From: Balanoglossus misakiensis
Lineage: Eukaryota; Animalia; Hemichordata
DNA length: 64,000 nt
Direction of reading: 5' to 3'
NCBI GenBank assembly: GCA_040954595.2
Contig: CM082577.2
Location: 15,197,903-15,261,902 of the forward strand
Position numbers and translations under genes: made by a program. Positions 28,701-38,143 of this stretch are shown piece after piece (position 1 is the first letter of the stretch; every line of letters starts with the position of its first letter). The notes under the pieces are model-generated. The model had not been told where the DNA came from, ran no database searches, and worked only from the letters and a program-made list of their open reading frames with translations.

Positions 28701-29718
28701 GTTTTTGAACAAGTTAATAATTAACCCGAGCACGGGTCATTATTTTCCCATTGATCAGTTTGCTAGTGGGGGTCTGACAAAGGTTGTTGACCTTATAAAT
28801 TTAAATGATCGCAAGTGGAAAACTATTCATGAACTTGAATGTGTGCTTTCTATTCGTTCCCAACGTATTATTGCTTCTAAACTGCATTTATTTACAGAAG
28901 CAATTTTAAAGAGTTTTGGTACCATAATTAGCAACTTTTTTGATATTTGTACTTGTAGTCCCATTATTCAGGAGGCACTGAACAATCCATTGTATCACTA
29001 TACCCTCAGCACTTCACTTGCTGAAAAAGGCGATGATATTCAGACTTGTCTTTACAAACTTGAAAAAGGAGCTATTTATACCTTTCTTATTGATAATCTT
29101 TATGAGACTAGCGAGGGTTCTTCAAAATTCCCGACTGAATTGTTGTGTAATCCAGCTACTGTGAAGCCCAACTATGGCATAATCTATGATAGACCTATAT
29201 ACAAAAAAGAGGGTGACTTACAGTGGCGTTTCCTCCACGGTGCTATTTCTACAGGTGTCTATTTGCATTCGGCTGGTTATATAGACAGCGCGAATTGCCC
29301 GTTTTGTAGTAATCATATTGACACCATTAGGCATATGTTCGTTGATTGCCAGCGGTTGCATAACTTTCTTATTTTTATTCGTGGCATTGTTGAGAAAATC
29401 TGTGGCCTAGACACCATTCCTCAGAATTGGTACATTATTGGCCCTCCATACAGTAAGGGCAAAAAATCAGCTATGCGCCTTGCAAACTTTATTTTCATAA
29501 CTACCAAGTTAGTTATTCACATTTCCCACTATAACAAGATTAAAAATAAGTCCAGTTGCGATATATTTGATTTGTTTAGGAAGCGTGTGAAGTCGCGCTT
29601 AATGGTTGAGTATCAGTACTGCAATTTCACTAGTAATTTGACCTACTTTGAAACGTTTTGGGCAATGAACTCAGCCTTGTGTACTGTAAGAGATAATGAA
29701 CTTATTTTCTGTATATAG
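25792..29718 (+). CDS. Tx1 ORF2 (AP endonuclease-reverse transcriptase-zinc finger), 1308 aa, intact
   Basis: FLQETH, GGDFN, SDH; PGIDG, NWRPVS, LDQEKAFD, GIRQGCSLS, AYADD; CPFC...HMFVDC. Confidence 0.96.
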   Translation: MDFIRYYFYLLIMVCLTLSTFNVRGCKDAMKRYQTFEFLKKFQRSDVFFLQETHSVPFDEDLWRLIWRGHGEFSHLSSNSSGVAILFSPGLKVDIVSSRSVIPGRLLHVKATIKDFTYNFINMYASVDHSERLNNFRELKKLLNDLQNDDIVIVGGDFNCTINPGKDRLNGKEPDHFSSDLLSNIIHRFKLCDAWRHFHGQDTLNFTWKRQSSAARLDRFYIPKHLCSKIQSVSIVPGFKSDHDVVNLGISQSNFKPRSAVWCLNTELLSDEVYCELIADFWANWKLRKTLYSSIQVWWDIGKQQIKFLTQQYCTERKWKKMNLKRDLECELRNIESIHGRGCEALATFVEKRNLLDKIIHSQVQGAVVRSRFKQLNESDSSTSFFYDLERHKGVKKFMTHLRMMNGELTENPSQIRQLARDFFSDLYSPDAVSIEAQDVLLKDLPTLNEENVRALDLPLSFEEFTQSLTLLNNNASPGIDGLPAEFYKKFWSTLGKDCFEVFTAAVQDGTLPLSCRRAILTLIPKTGDSSLLKNWRPVSVLCSDYKILTKALSIRLRTVLSDIIDIDQSYCVPGRRISDNITLIRDVVQYANDQNRTLGILSLDQEKAFDRVHHSYLIKTLQAFGFGPNFISYIRLLYSSTESLLKLNNGLTAPISFNRGIRQGCSLSGQLYSICIEPFLHKVRTQSNMRGFELPNSNRKRCHLSAYADDISFLMSHDDDFMNLQHWINMYERASNARINYFKSKGLWCGRWKGRGDSPLNIKWSSSGLKLLGVFIGNEAAYAVKNWEDMSRMIDAKLNEWKRFATALSYQGRVLVINQLAATKILHRLAVISLPKDLIDALQQKFLNFLWQGRHWVARETVYLPVKKGGQGLIHLQSRLNAFRLQHLQRYLYGNEKHPCYFFFDYYLGNIEDLHYDKQLFCVGLKDLRVNTFMPNFYHDVWRVINSRSLVIRRDGKPFTIEGVLNEPLFLNKLIINPSTGHYFPIDQFASGGLTKVVDLINLNDRKWKTIHELECVLSIRSQRIIASKLHLFTEAILKSFGTIISNFFDICTCSPIIQEALNNPLYHYTLSTSLAEKGDDIQTCLYKLEKGAIYTFLIDNLYETSEGSSKFPTELLCNPATVKPNYGIIYDRPIYKKEGDLQWRFLHGAISTGVYLHSAGYIDSANCPFCSNHIDTIRHMFVDCQRLHNFLIFIRGIVEKICGLDTIPQNWYIIGPPYSKGKKSAMRLANFIFITTKLVIHISHYNKIKNKSSCDIFDLFRKRVKSRLMVEYQYCNFTSNLTYFETFWAMNSALCTVRDNELIFCI

Positions 29719-29954
29719 AATTTGTATAATCAGACTTGTATATCAGACTGTTAGGTTTTTTATAGAAAAAGGGCTTTTAACCTAACATATGGCAAGCACT
29801 AGACAATGAACATTTTTTCACTGTGTATATGTATAGATTTTATTTCTGTTGATTTACTTTCACCTGTAACTGTACATATATTTTTATAGCTTTATAATTT
29901 GGTAAAGTTATATTAAATGGTGCTTGAAAATCAAAAATCTTCTTCTTCTTCTTC

Positions 29955-32900
29955 CATATTGGTTGACTGTAAGAAGGAGAGCTCCTGAATTGTGGTATTT
30001 TTTTCTCCACTGTTGACGGTGTTCCAGGAAAGTTTGACATTTTCTGGACTGTGATTGTCTACTGTTTCTCCGTGTGTGCTTTTTGGGACCTTTTCTACGA
30101 GGATTGCTGTGATTGCGGCAGATAACTGATTTGGTGCTTGTCACCTATCAGACCTGCCAATATGGCGGCCGGACGGGCTTACGCTCAGTACGGCAACGAC
30201 GTTACCCTGACAAGGCTGTGTATGAAAAACGCGTTGAAGATTGAGAGTCTGGAGGGGATAAGTGTGAACGCATATGTGGAGAAGATTGCGGAATTGGTTG
30301 AGGTTAGTGAAATTCTGGCTGCCTCCAGAATGAATAGATCTGTGGTCGTGTTTTTGAAAAATATGCAATCGGTTGAAATGGTTTGCGCCTCAGGACTAAC
30401 GATTGGCGAAGATTTTATACAGCCCCAACCGATGGTGAAACCAGCGACCAAGGTAATCCTTTCGAATGTGCCACCATTCATACCCAACGATTTGCTTGCT
30501 GAACGTTTGGAGTTATATGGAAAGGTTATTACGCAGAGTTTCCGGTATATTCCGCTGGGTTGCAAAAAGGCCGAACTCAGACATGTCAAGTCATTCCGAC
30601 GACAGGTGTTTGTGGTGCTTAAACAACAAACCGATATTGATGGCGTTTTGAATATTCTTTGTGACGGACATTTTTATCCTGTGTTAGTGTCAAGGGAGAA
30701 CGCTAAGTGCTTGAACAAGCGTGACAGATCGCCGAGCCCTGCTGACGACTTGACAGAGTCGCATTCAGAGAAGAAACGGTGTGAAATGGAAGAAAATCAA
30801 GAACAGTCTCCATTAACTCGTGAAGACGATGAACAGTCTAATGTGAGTGACATTATTGGTGTTTCTGATGAAGAGAGGGTACGACCCCCTCCTTCAACTC
30901 ATGATGTTCAGAATGTTTCCTCTGTTGACAGTGTTCCCTCCTCCGAAATACATTCCATTCCTGAGGAGTCCCCATGTTGTTCTAACGCAGCAGCTATTGT
31001 ATTACATGAAACAGGCAGCAGCCAAGAAAGCCTGGTTTGCTCTCAGCCATCTTCTTTTCCCCCTCCTTCAGGTATTCCAGTTCATAATGCTTTTGGTGTT
31101 GTTTCACGCAGTTCTTCGTTATCTGATTTGTCAACCATGAGTGAATTGTCTGATAAATCGTCTGTTTGTTTGTCACAGAAATCCTTACTTGATTTCATAG
31201 AAGATATTAAGTATTCTAAAAAACCTATTGAGCAATCACAAGAACATTGTTCAGATTTAATGCTGTTAATGAAGTCTCTTTCTCACGTACTGAAAGCTGG
31301 TGTTCTTTCTAGTAAACAGAAAACCCGTGTAGGAAAACTAGTTAAAAAGATAAGAATGTACGTTAAACATAACCATTAGTCATGGATTTCATTAGATATT
31401 ACTTTTATTTATTGATTATGGTCTGTCTTACACTTTCAACTTTTAATGTACGAGGGTGTAAAGATGCGATGAAACGCTATCAAACTTTTGAGTTTTTGAA
31501 AACATTTCAACGTTCGGATGTATTTTTTCTTCAAGAGAGTCATTCTCTACCTTTTGATGAAGACCTCTGGAGACTGATTTGGAGGGGTCATGGTGAATTT
31601 TCTCACCTCTCTTCAAATAGCAGTGGTGTTGCAATTTCATTTCACCTGGTTTAAAAGTTGATATTGTGAGTTCTCGCTCGGTAATTCCGGGTAGACTTCT
31701 TCATGTCAAAGCGACAATCAAGGATTTTACTTACAACTTTATTAAAGGCACGTAAGCTGTAACTTTTGGGATAATTTTCATAATTTTTGTTTCACACTGC
31801 ACTACCATTAGTCCATGCAGATGAAGGCAGTGAACTATTCACAAGGATTATAAACCCTAAACATGAGTGCATATGCAAGTTTTAACCAGATAAATAATAA
31901 AGCTTTGCCGCAAGCGATTATTGCCGCCACCGTGGGAAAATGAAAGAAACAATAAAAATGTCGCATTTCCGGCTGTGAAACTTCATAAACAAAACATGAT
32001 CTCATCCACTTGAGCTCATGGAAGTAAATGTACACCACTGAGACATCAGATTTTCATTTTTCATTGCAATATTGCACTTTTTTAAAAATTTCAGGAATGT
32101 TCGTTTTTCTTTAATTTTTGACCATTTTGTCATAAATAAGTGTTGAGCTTGATATATTATCATGAAATAGCATTTAATAGATATAATTAAAAGCATATAT
32201 GACATTATTTAAAACTTTAATTTTTTATCCAGTTGCAGCTTACGTGCCTTTAATATGTATGCTTCTGTGGATCATAGTGAACGGCTTAATAATTTTCGTT
32301 AGCTGAAAAAGCTCTTGAATGACTTGCAAAATGATGACATTGTTATTGTAGGGGGTGATTTTAATTGTACCATTAATCCGGGTAAAGATAGATTGAATGG
32401 TAAAGAACCTGATCATAACTCTTCTGAGTTACTTTCTAAGATCATTCATCGTTTTAAATTGTGTGATGCCTGGAGACATTTTTACGGTCAAGACACTTTG
32501 AACTTTACCTGGAAAAGACAGAGTAGTGCGGCAAGACTTGATCGCTTTTACATACCTAAACATCTGTGCAGTAAAATTCAGTATGTTTCTATTGTTCCTG
32601 GGTTCAAGTCTGACCATGATGTTGTCAATATGGGCATTTCACAATCTAATTTTTCAACCACGCAGTGCGGTTTGGTGTTTAAACACTGAATTGTTATCAG
32701 ATGAAGTTTATTGCGAGCTCATTGCTGATTTTTGGGCGAATTGGAAATTGCGTAAAACACTTTATAGTACTATTCAAGTGTGGTGGGACATAGGGAAACA
32801 AAAGATTAAATTTCTGACCCAGCAGTATTGTACTGAAAGAAAATGGAGGAAACTGAATCTGAAACGCGACCTGGAGTGTGAATTACGTAACATTGAAAGT

Positions 32901-34808
32901 ATTCACGGGAGAGGCTGTGAAGCGTTGGCCACTTTTGTTGAAAAGAGAAATCTATTAGACAAGATTATTCATTCGCAGGTGCAAGGCGCTGTTGTTAGGT
33001 CAAGGTTCAAACAGCTGAATGAAAGTGACAGTTCTACGTCATTCTTTTATGATCTGGAACGCCACAAAGGTGTGAAAAAATTCATGACTCATTTGCGTAT
33101 GATGAATGGTGAGCTCACAGAAAACCCGTCTCAAATTCGTCAATTAGCGAGAGATTTCTTCTCTGATCTTTACTCTCCAGATGCTGTTTCGATTGAAGCT
33201 CAAGATGTTCTTTTAAAAGATTTGCCGACTCTTAATGAGGAAAATGTGCGTGCTCTTGATTTGCCTCTTTCTTTTGAGGAAATTACGCAATCGCTGAAGC
33301 TTCGGCAGAGTTTTATAAAAAAAAAGTTGGTCCACTCTTGGCAAAGATTGTTTTGAAGTTTTCACTGCTGCGGTTCAGGATGGTACTCTTCCTTTATCTT
33401 GTAGAAGAGCTATTCTACCTTTAATCCCTAAAACGGGTGACAGTAGCTTTTTGAAAAACTGGCGTCCTGTCTCTGTCCTGTGTTCGGACTACAAAATTTT
33501 AACGAAAGCTTAGTCAATTCGTCTTCGGACTGTTTTATCAGATATTATTGATATTGATCAAAGTTACTGTGTCCCTGGAAGGCGTATTTCTGATAATATC
33601 ACTCTTATTCGTGATGTTGTTCAGTATGCTAATGATCAGAATAGGACGCTTGGTATTTTGTCGTTGGATCAGGAAAAGGCTTTCGACCGGGTCCATCACA
33701 GTTACTTGATTAAGACTTTGCAGGCTTTTGGTTTTGGTCCAAATTTTATTAGCTATATTAGACTCCTTTACTCTAGCACTGAAAGTCTTTTGAAGCTGAA
33801 TAATGGGCTTACTGCACCAATCTCTTTTAATCGCGGTATCCGTCAGGGCAGCTCTTTGTCGGGCCAGTTGTACTCAATCTGCATAGAGCCTTTTCTACAT
33901 AAAGTTCGTACTCAGAGTAACATGCGTGGTTTTGAACTTCCAAACTCCAATAGGAAGCGTTGTCATATATCGGCGTATGCAGACGATATTAGCTTTCTGA
34001 TGAGTCATGATGACGACTTTATGAATTTACAGCATTGGATTAACATTTATGAAAGAGCTTCTAATGCGAGGATTAATTATTTTAAATCTAAGGGCTTGTG
34101 GTGTGGTAGATGGAAAGGGCGGGATGACTCTCCTTTAAATATCAAATGGTCTTCCAGTGGGTTAAAATTGTTAGGTGTTTTTATCGGGAACGAGGCTGCC
34201 TATGCTGTTAAGAATTGGGAGGACATGAGTCGCATGATTGATGCTAAACTTAATGAGTGGAAGCGGTTTGCAACTGCGTTATCGTATCAAGGCCGTGTTT
34301 TGGTCATTAATCAGTTGGCCGCTACAAAGATTCTTCATCGTTTAGCAGTTATTTCACTTCCTAAAGATCTTATTGATGCTCTTCAGCAGAAATTTCTCAA
34401 CTTTTTGTGGCAAGGTCGTCATTGGGTTGCAAGGGAAACTGTGTATCTACCCGTTAAAAAGGGGTGGGCAGGGTCTTATTCATCTCCAGTCTCGCTTAAA
34501 TGCTTTTAGGTTACAGCACCTTCAACGATATTTATATGGGGATGAGAAACATCCTTGTTATTTTTTCTTTGACTATTATCTTGGCAATATCGAAGATCTA
34601 CATTATGACAAGCAACTTTTTTGTGTCGGTTTAAAAGATTTGAGAGTTAATACTTTTATGCCAAACTTCTATCATGATGTGTGGAGGGTGATTAATTCGA
34701 GATCCTTGGTTATTAGACGTGATGGAAAACCCTATACCATTGAAGGTGTTTTAAATGAGCCACTGTTTTTGAACAAGTTAATAATTAACCCGAGCACGGG
34801 TCATTATT
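29955..34808 (+). mobile_element. Second, degraded and 3'-truncated copy of the same Tx1 element
   Basis: Highly similar to copy 1. ORF1 (30138-31379) has two in-frame deletions; ORF2 has frameshifts, a stop and a MITE; similarity ends at NPSTGHY. Confidence 0.92.
31746..32249. mobile_element. TTAA-TSD MITE (Kolobok/T2-like)
   Basis: TTAA|AGGCACGTAAGCTG...CAGCTTACGTGCCT|TTAA; Tx1 copy 1 shows the empty site (ctttattaatatg). Confidence 0.92.
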
Positions 34809-34809
34809 T

Positions 34810-34950
34810 AGAGAATAATGAACGCCCCAAAGACCCATAATGGACGAAAGCACACATTGTGCGCTATAATATACGAGGCGAAGCCGAGTATATTATGGAG
34901 CACAATGTGTGCTTGAGTCCATTATGGGTCTTTGGGCGTTCATTATTCTC
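34810..34950. repeat. ~140 bp imperfect palindrome with GCGAAGC centre at the Tx1/virus junction
   Basis: GAGAATAATGAACGCCC..AAAGACCCATAATGGAC..AAGCACACATTGTGC / GCACAATGTGTGCTT..GTCCATTATGGGTCTTTGGGCGTTCATTATTCTC. Confidence 0.9.
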
Positions 34951-35330
34951 ATTATTTTATAGTTTTGTCAATGCCAGTGAATTTGCAGACTTCAAAAAGT
35001 ATAGGTGCGAACACTTCAGACTCGGACACGGAGATCGAGAACGGAGCAATGGCGTACGCGTAAACAAAAGGTCACCTGATCGTGGTGTGTCAGTGTACTG
35101 TACATTTCTAGTATCATATTCAAACATCAGGAAATAAATAATGAAGGTTTATTAACGCATGTGAAAATTCATTTAAGGGTTCTGCTGAAATATATCATGT
35201 CGCGAGTTCGACAGGTATGTTCACGGTGTACCTACTTAAACGAGTAGGTTTAATTAAAAGTCACCACAACGCTCAACTACTTTCTACGTAAACGATCGGC
35301 GTTCATACTGTTCGAGAAGCTATCAGCAAA

Positions 35331-35768
35331 ATGACAGAACGGGCCTCTGTTCGAAACGGACAAGTATTTTATGTGTGCACAACGCTAGACTGCGAAGCTG
35401 TCGGTTTCAAATCTCTCGATGGACTCTGTTGTAGGTGTTACGCACTGAAGGCCCCGAACCCAGATAATCCTTGTACAGACCGGACTTTGCAACAGCCACC
35501 GGGTAATGCCACCCACTGTTCTTACCCTGCTTGTTCCAACGTCGCCGTATCGGAAAATATCCTATTATGCCGTGTATGTCTAACCATCTTAGACGAAAAG
35601 GGAAAGACACCCGGCAAAGAAAGACGCATGTCAACAATCAAAGAATCCACCACAGAAGACAATCCCTCTGTACCCAAAACTCTGTGCAGGTTTCCGGCTT
35701 GTACCCACTTCGGCAACGAAGATTGCGTGGGATATTGTAACGAATGTTATAAAGTGTTGACGAAATAA
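35331..35768 (+). CDS. Small protein with three A20-type zinc fingers
   Basis: Three C-x4-C-x11-C-x2-C motifs, e.g. CRFPACTHFGNEDCVGYCNECYK; AATAAA at ~35829. Confidence 0.8.
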   Translation: MTERASVRNGQVFYVCTTLDCEAVGFKSLDGLCCRCYALKAPNPDNPCTDRTLQQPPGNATHCSYPACSNVAVSENILLCRVCLTILDEKGKTPGKERRMSTIKESTTEDNPSVPKTLCRFPACTHFGNEDCVGYCNECYKVLTK

Positions 35769-35913
35769 TAGGATTTGACGCTTCCATAGTTTCGTTGTGG
35801 ACACACTTGACAGCATTCAAAAACTGGCAATAAAATGACCAACATAACTAATATTTTTTTCGTCTATTGTCTTTTGTAGTAAGGTCGCAATGCTTTCCCA
35901 GCATGCACGTGTC

Positions 35914-36789
35914 TCATTTGATCCCCGTGCATGACTTGTTAAAGACATGTCTTCGACGACAGTATGTGGACTTCCCATATTTATGTGCTGTTATCTTCGG
36001 ATTTAGTTTGTGAAGATGGTATTTAAGTTCGCAGTAAAATAATGCAATTTCTGATTCCATAATTTTTAGAACAGTCTTCAGTAGTGGCCAACATCTCGTT
36101 AAAACAACCACTAATATTATTCCTTTATACAAGAGAAATTCGAACACGTATTGGAGGCCAGCCACGGCGCAAATATCGGTCATGACAGTAGGGTTGCAAT
36201 CTCCACGAAGTGACACCCAAAAAAGTAACTGAAGTGGGTAGTACATGACATATCTCGAAAGTGTAATACTTTTGTACCACTGCAAATCTGCACACAACCC
36301 ACCGGCCCCGACACCTCTCTGTATCCAATAAATGACATCTTGCCACCAATTGCGGATGTTCGCGCAACCACCACGTGTGTTGAGAGCTGCCATGGCATCG
36401 AATATGTCCATATGCCAAGCGATTTCCGAATGAATAGGTTTTCCAGAAAAACAATGTCCTTCAAAACACCTTTTGAATTTCTCAAAACCTACGGCTAAAG
36501 GATCTATGATTCCTCTCAAATCTTTCACAATAGCGCTCAAAACAACACCTAAACCACCAGTGATTTCCTTGAACAACTTCACGAGAAACAATCCTATGAT
36601 TGAAACGACAGCTGTTGCCAGCGCGATGTACAAATATGAATTCCAAGGTGCAAATCTGTAAAGAGTCCGACATACAGCTTTTGTGAGATGCCAAGCGGAA
36701 AGCTGGTGTTTCACAGTATCCTTATGTCTGTATATCTGAGCCTCGTACTGGTACACGACTTTATCGTCTGCCTTGTGCCCTAAAACCAT
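35914..36789 (-). CDS. Multi-pass membrane protein, unknown family
   Basis: Open frame from the ATG at 36789; several hydrophobic segments and a Cys-containing loop; head-to-head with the terminase gene. Confidence 0.7.
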   Translation of the reverse strand: MVLGHKADDKVVYQYEAQIYRHKDTVKHQLSAWHLTKAVCRTLYRFAPWNSYLYIALATAVVSIIGLFLVKLFKEITGGLGVVLSAIVKDLRGIIDPLAVGFEKFKRCFEGHCFSGKPIHSEIAWHMDIFDAMAALNTRGGCANIRNWWQDVIYWIQRGVGAGGLCADLQWYKSITLSRYVMYYPLQLLFWVSLRGDCNPTVMTDICAVAGLQYVFEFLLYKGIILVVVLTRCWPLLKTVLKIMESEIALFYCELKYHLHKLNPKITAHKYGKSTYCRRRHVFNKSCTGIK

Positions 36790-36861
36790 GGCGCCCAGTG
36801 GTATCTCAAGATATAATATATTTATCACGTTATTAATGTGTAAAAATATTCTCTACCGGTC
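36790..36861. promoter_or_regulatory. 72 bp AT-rich bidirectional promoter candidate
   Basis: GATATAATATATTTAT lies between two divergent ATGs. Confidence 0.5.
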
Positions 36862-37566
36862 ATGGAGGCAGACAAGCTCAGCCCATTTGTCAGAGATGCC
36901 CAGAGAATGGACGCTCTCATTACACAGTGTAGACAACAACAAGACCAACTTAGGGGTGTGTTTTTAAGAAAACACGCGTACAAGGAAAACTATATGTTTT
37001 CTCGCGTTGAAGACGTAGACGCGAGACTGTCTTTAATGAAAAGGGCTATACAAACCATCCGATTGTTATGCAAGGGGAAACAATTTACGTTCGAACCTTT
37101 CCAGGAGGAGATGTGTAGGGCCATAATGTTAAGTCGCTTACGACATTTTTTTGGTGAGGAATCTAAAAAGTTTTTCTTGCCTGTGATGAAATACCTAGGT
37201 ATAATTTCAGCACACTTTGACGAGCGAACATGCGACAGAATCAACCTATCGAGAGTACGTAGCCAAATAGAAGAATATAACCATAAGTTTATCGTTGTCA
37301 TGGTACCGAGACGCTCTGGTAAAAATGCCACCGCGCAAATTATTGCCACGACACTTTTATTGTACGAACCAAATTGTTCAATCATAGTTTGGGCTCAAGA
37401 CATGAACTGTGCGTTACTGAACAAAGAAGGTATATGTGAAAATCTATCGCTGCTCAAGACAATATCTGACATACCATTCGATTTTCGCGTTTCCGGGGAT
37501 ACGGTGACAGTCGTAAGATGTGATGGTAGTAAAGGCACTCTGCGCGTAAAGCCTAATTCGCCTAAT
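36862..37566 (+). CDS. DNA-packaging terminase ATPase subunit, exon 1 (herpesvirus UL15-like)
   Basis: FEPFQEEM (cf. UL15 LELFQKM), FIVVMVPRRSGKN Walker A at ~37303-37323 (cf. VFLVPRRHGKT), G-SKGTLRVKPNSPN, then GTAAGT donor at 37567. Confidence 0.85.
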
Positions 37567-38143
37567 GTAAGTGTAAACACATTCCATCTACTATTATGTA
37601 TTTGCATTGTATCCAGTTTACATTTTGTGTTCAATATTTATTTCATTATTGCGTACACTTGGATGGTCATCTCAATGTAGTTGTATTTGTAGAGGCCTAT
37701 GGCAACTGGCCATGGCGAAAAGATAAAGGTGCCACGCTCGACACTCTATCACTATTTGATTTACGTTTGTGTATGGGTTCGAATGGCACAAAAGTCACAG
37801 GACGCAAATGTTTAGATCACAGTGTATCATTTTATTGCGTGTCATACCGATATACAAAGTTAGTACGTACAATTAAACGCTTTCTTAAAGAGTCAGTCAG
37901 TGTACTAATCTCAAAATGTGGTCGCTATCCATTCACACATGGATCATGCTTCCTTTGTCCCAATGATCGTAAAATTCATCCCATCACACCTGTTTAGATG
38001 TGTACAAATCAGCCGTCGAGAGTTCACAAATACTATTCTACTTAATCGCCATATAATGGTCACGAGAGGGCGCCGTCGCTTGCTGTTTTGTTAGTACAGC
38101 ACAGGTCAATCAAGGTCATCTATTGTGTTCTGTCACAGTCCGT

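Larger units (their letters stand above)
24017..29937 (+). mobile_element. Full-length Tx1-clade non-LTR retrotransposon (Koshi-like, TTC-targeting)
   Basis: Two intact ORFs; (TTC)n on both sides; the identical 5' end recurs at 29955. Confidence 0.92.

Noticed and set aside
36862-37680. Prophage terminase or bacterial contamination
   Set aside because: Splice donor, intron-containing neighbours, eukaryotic domains (A20, F-box) and no operon-like phage gene order.
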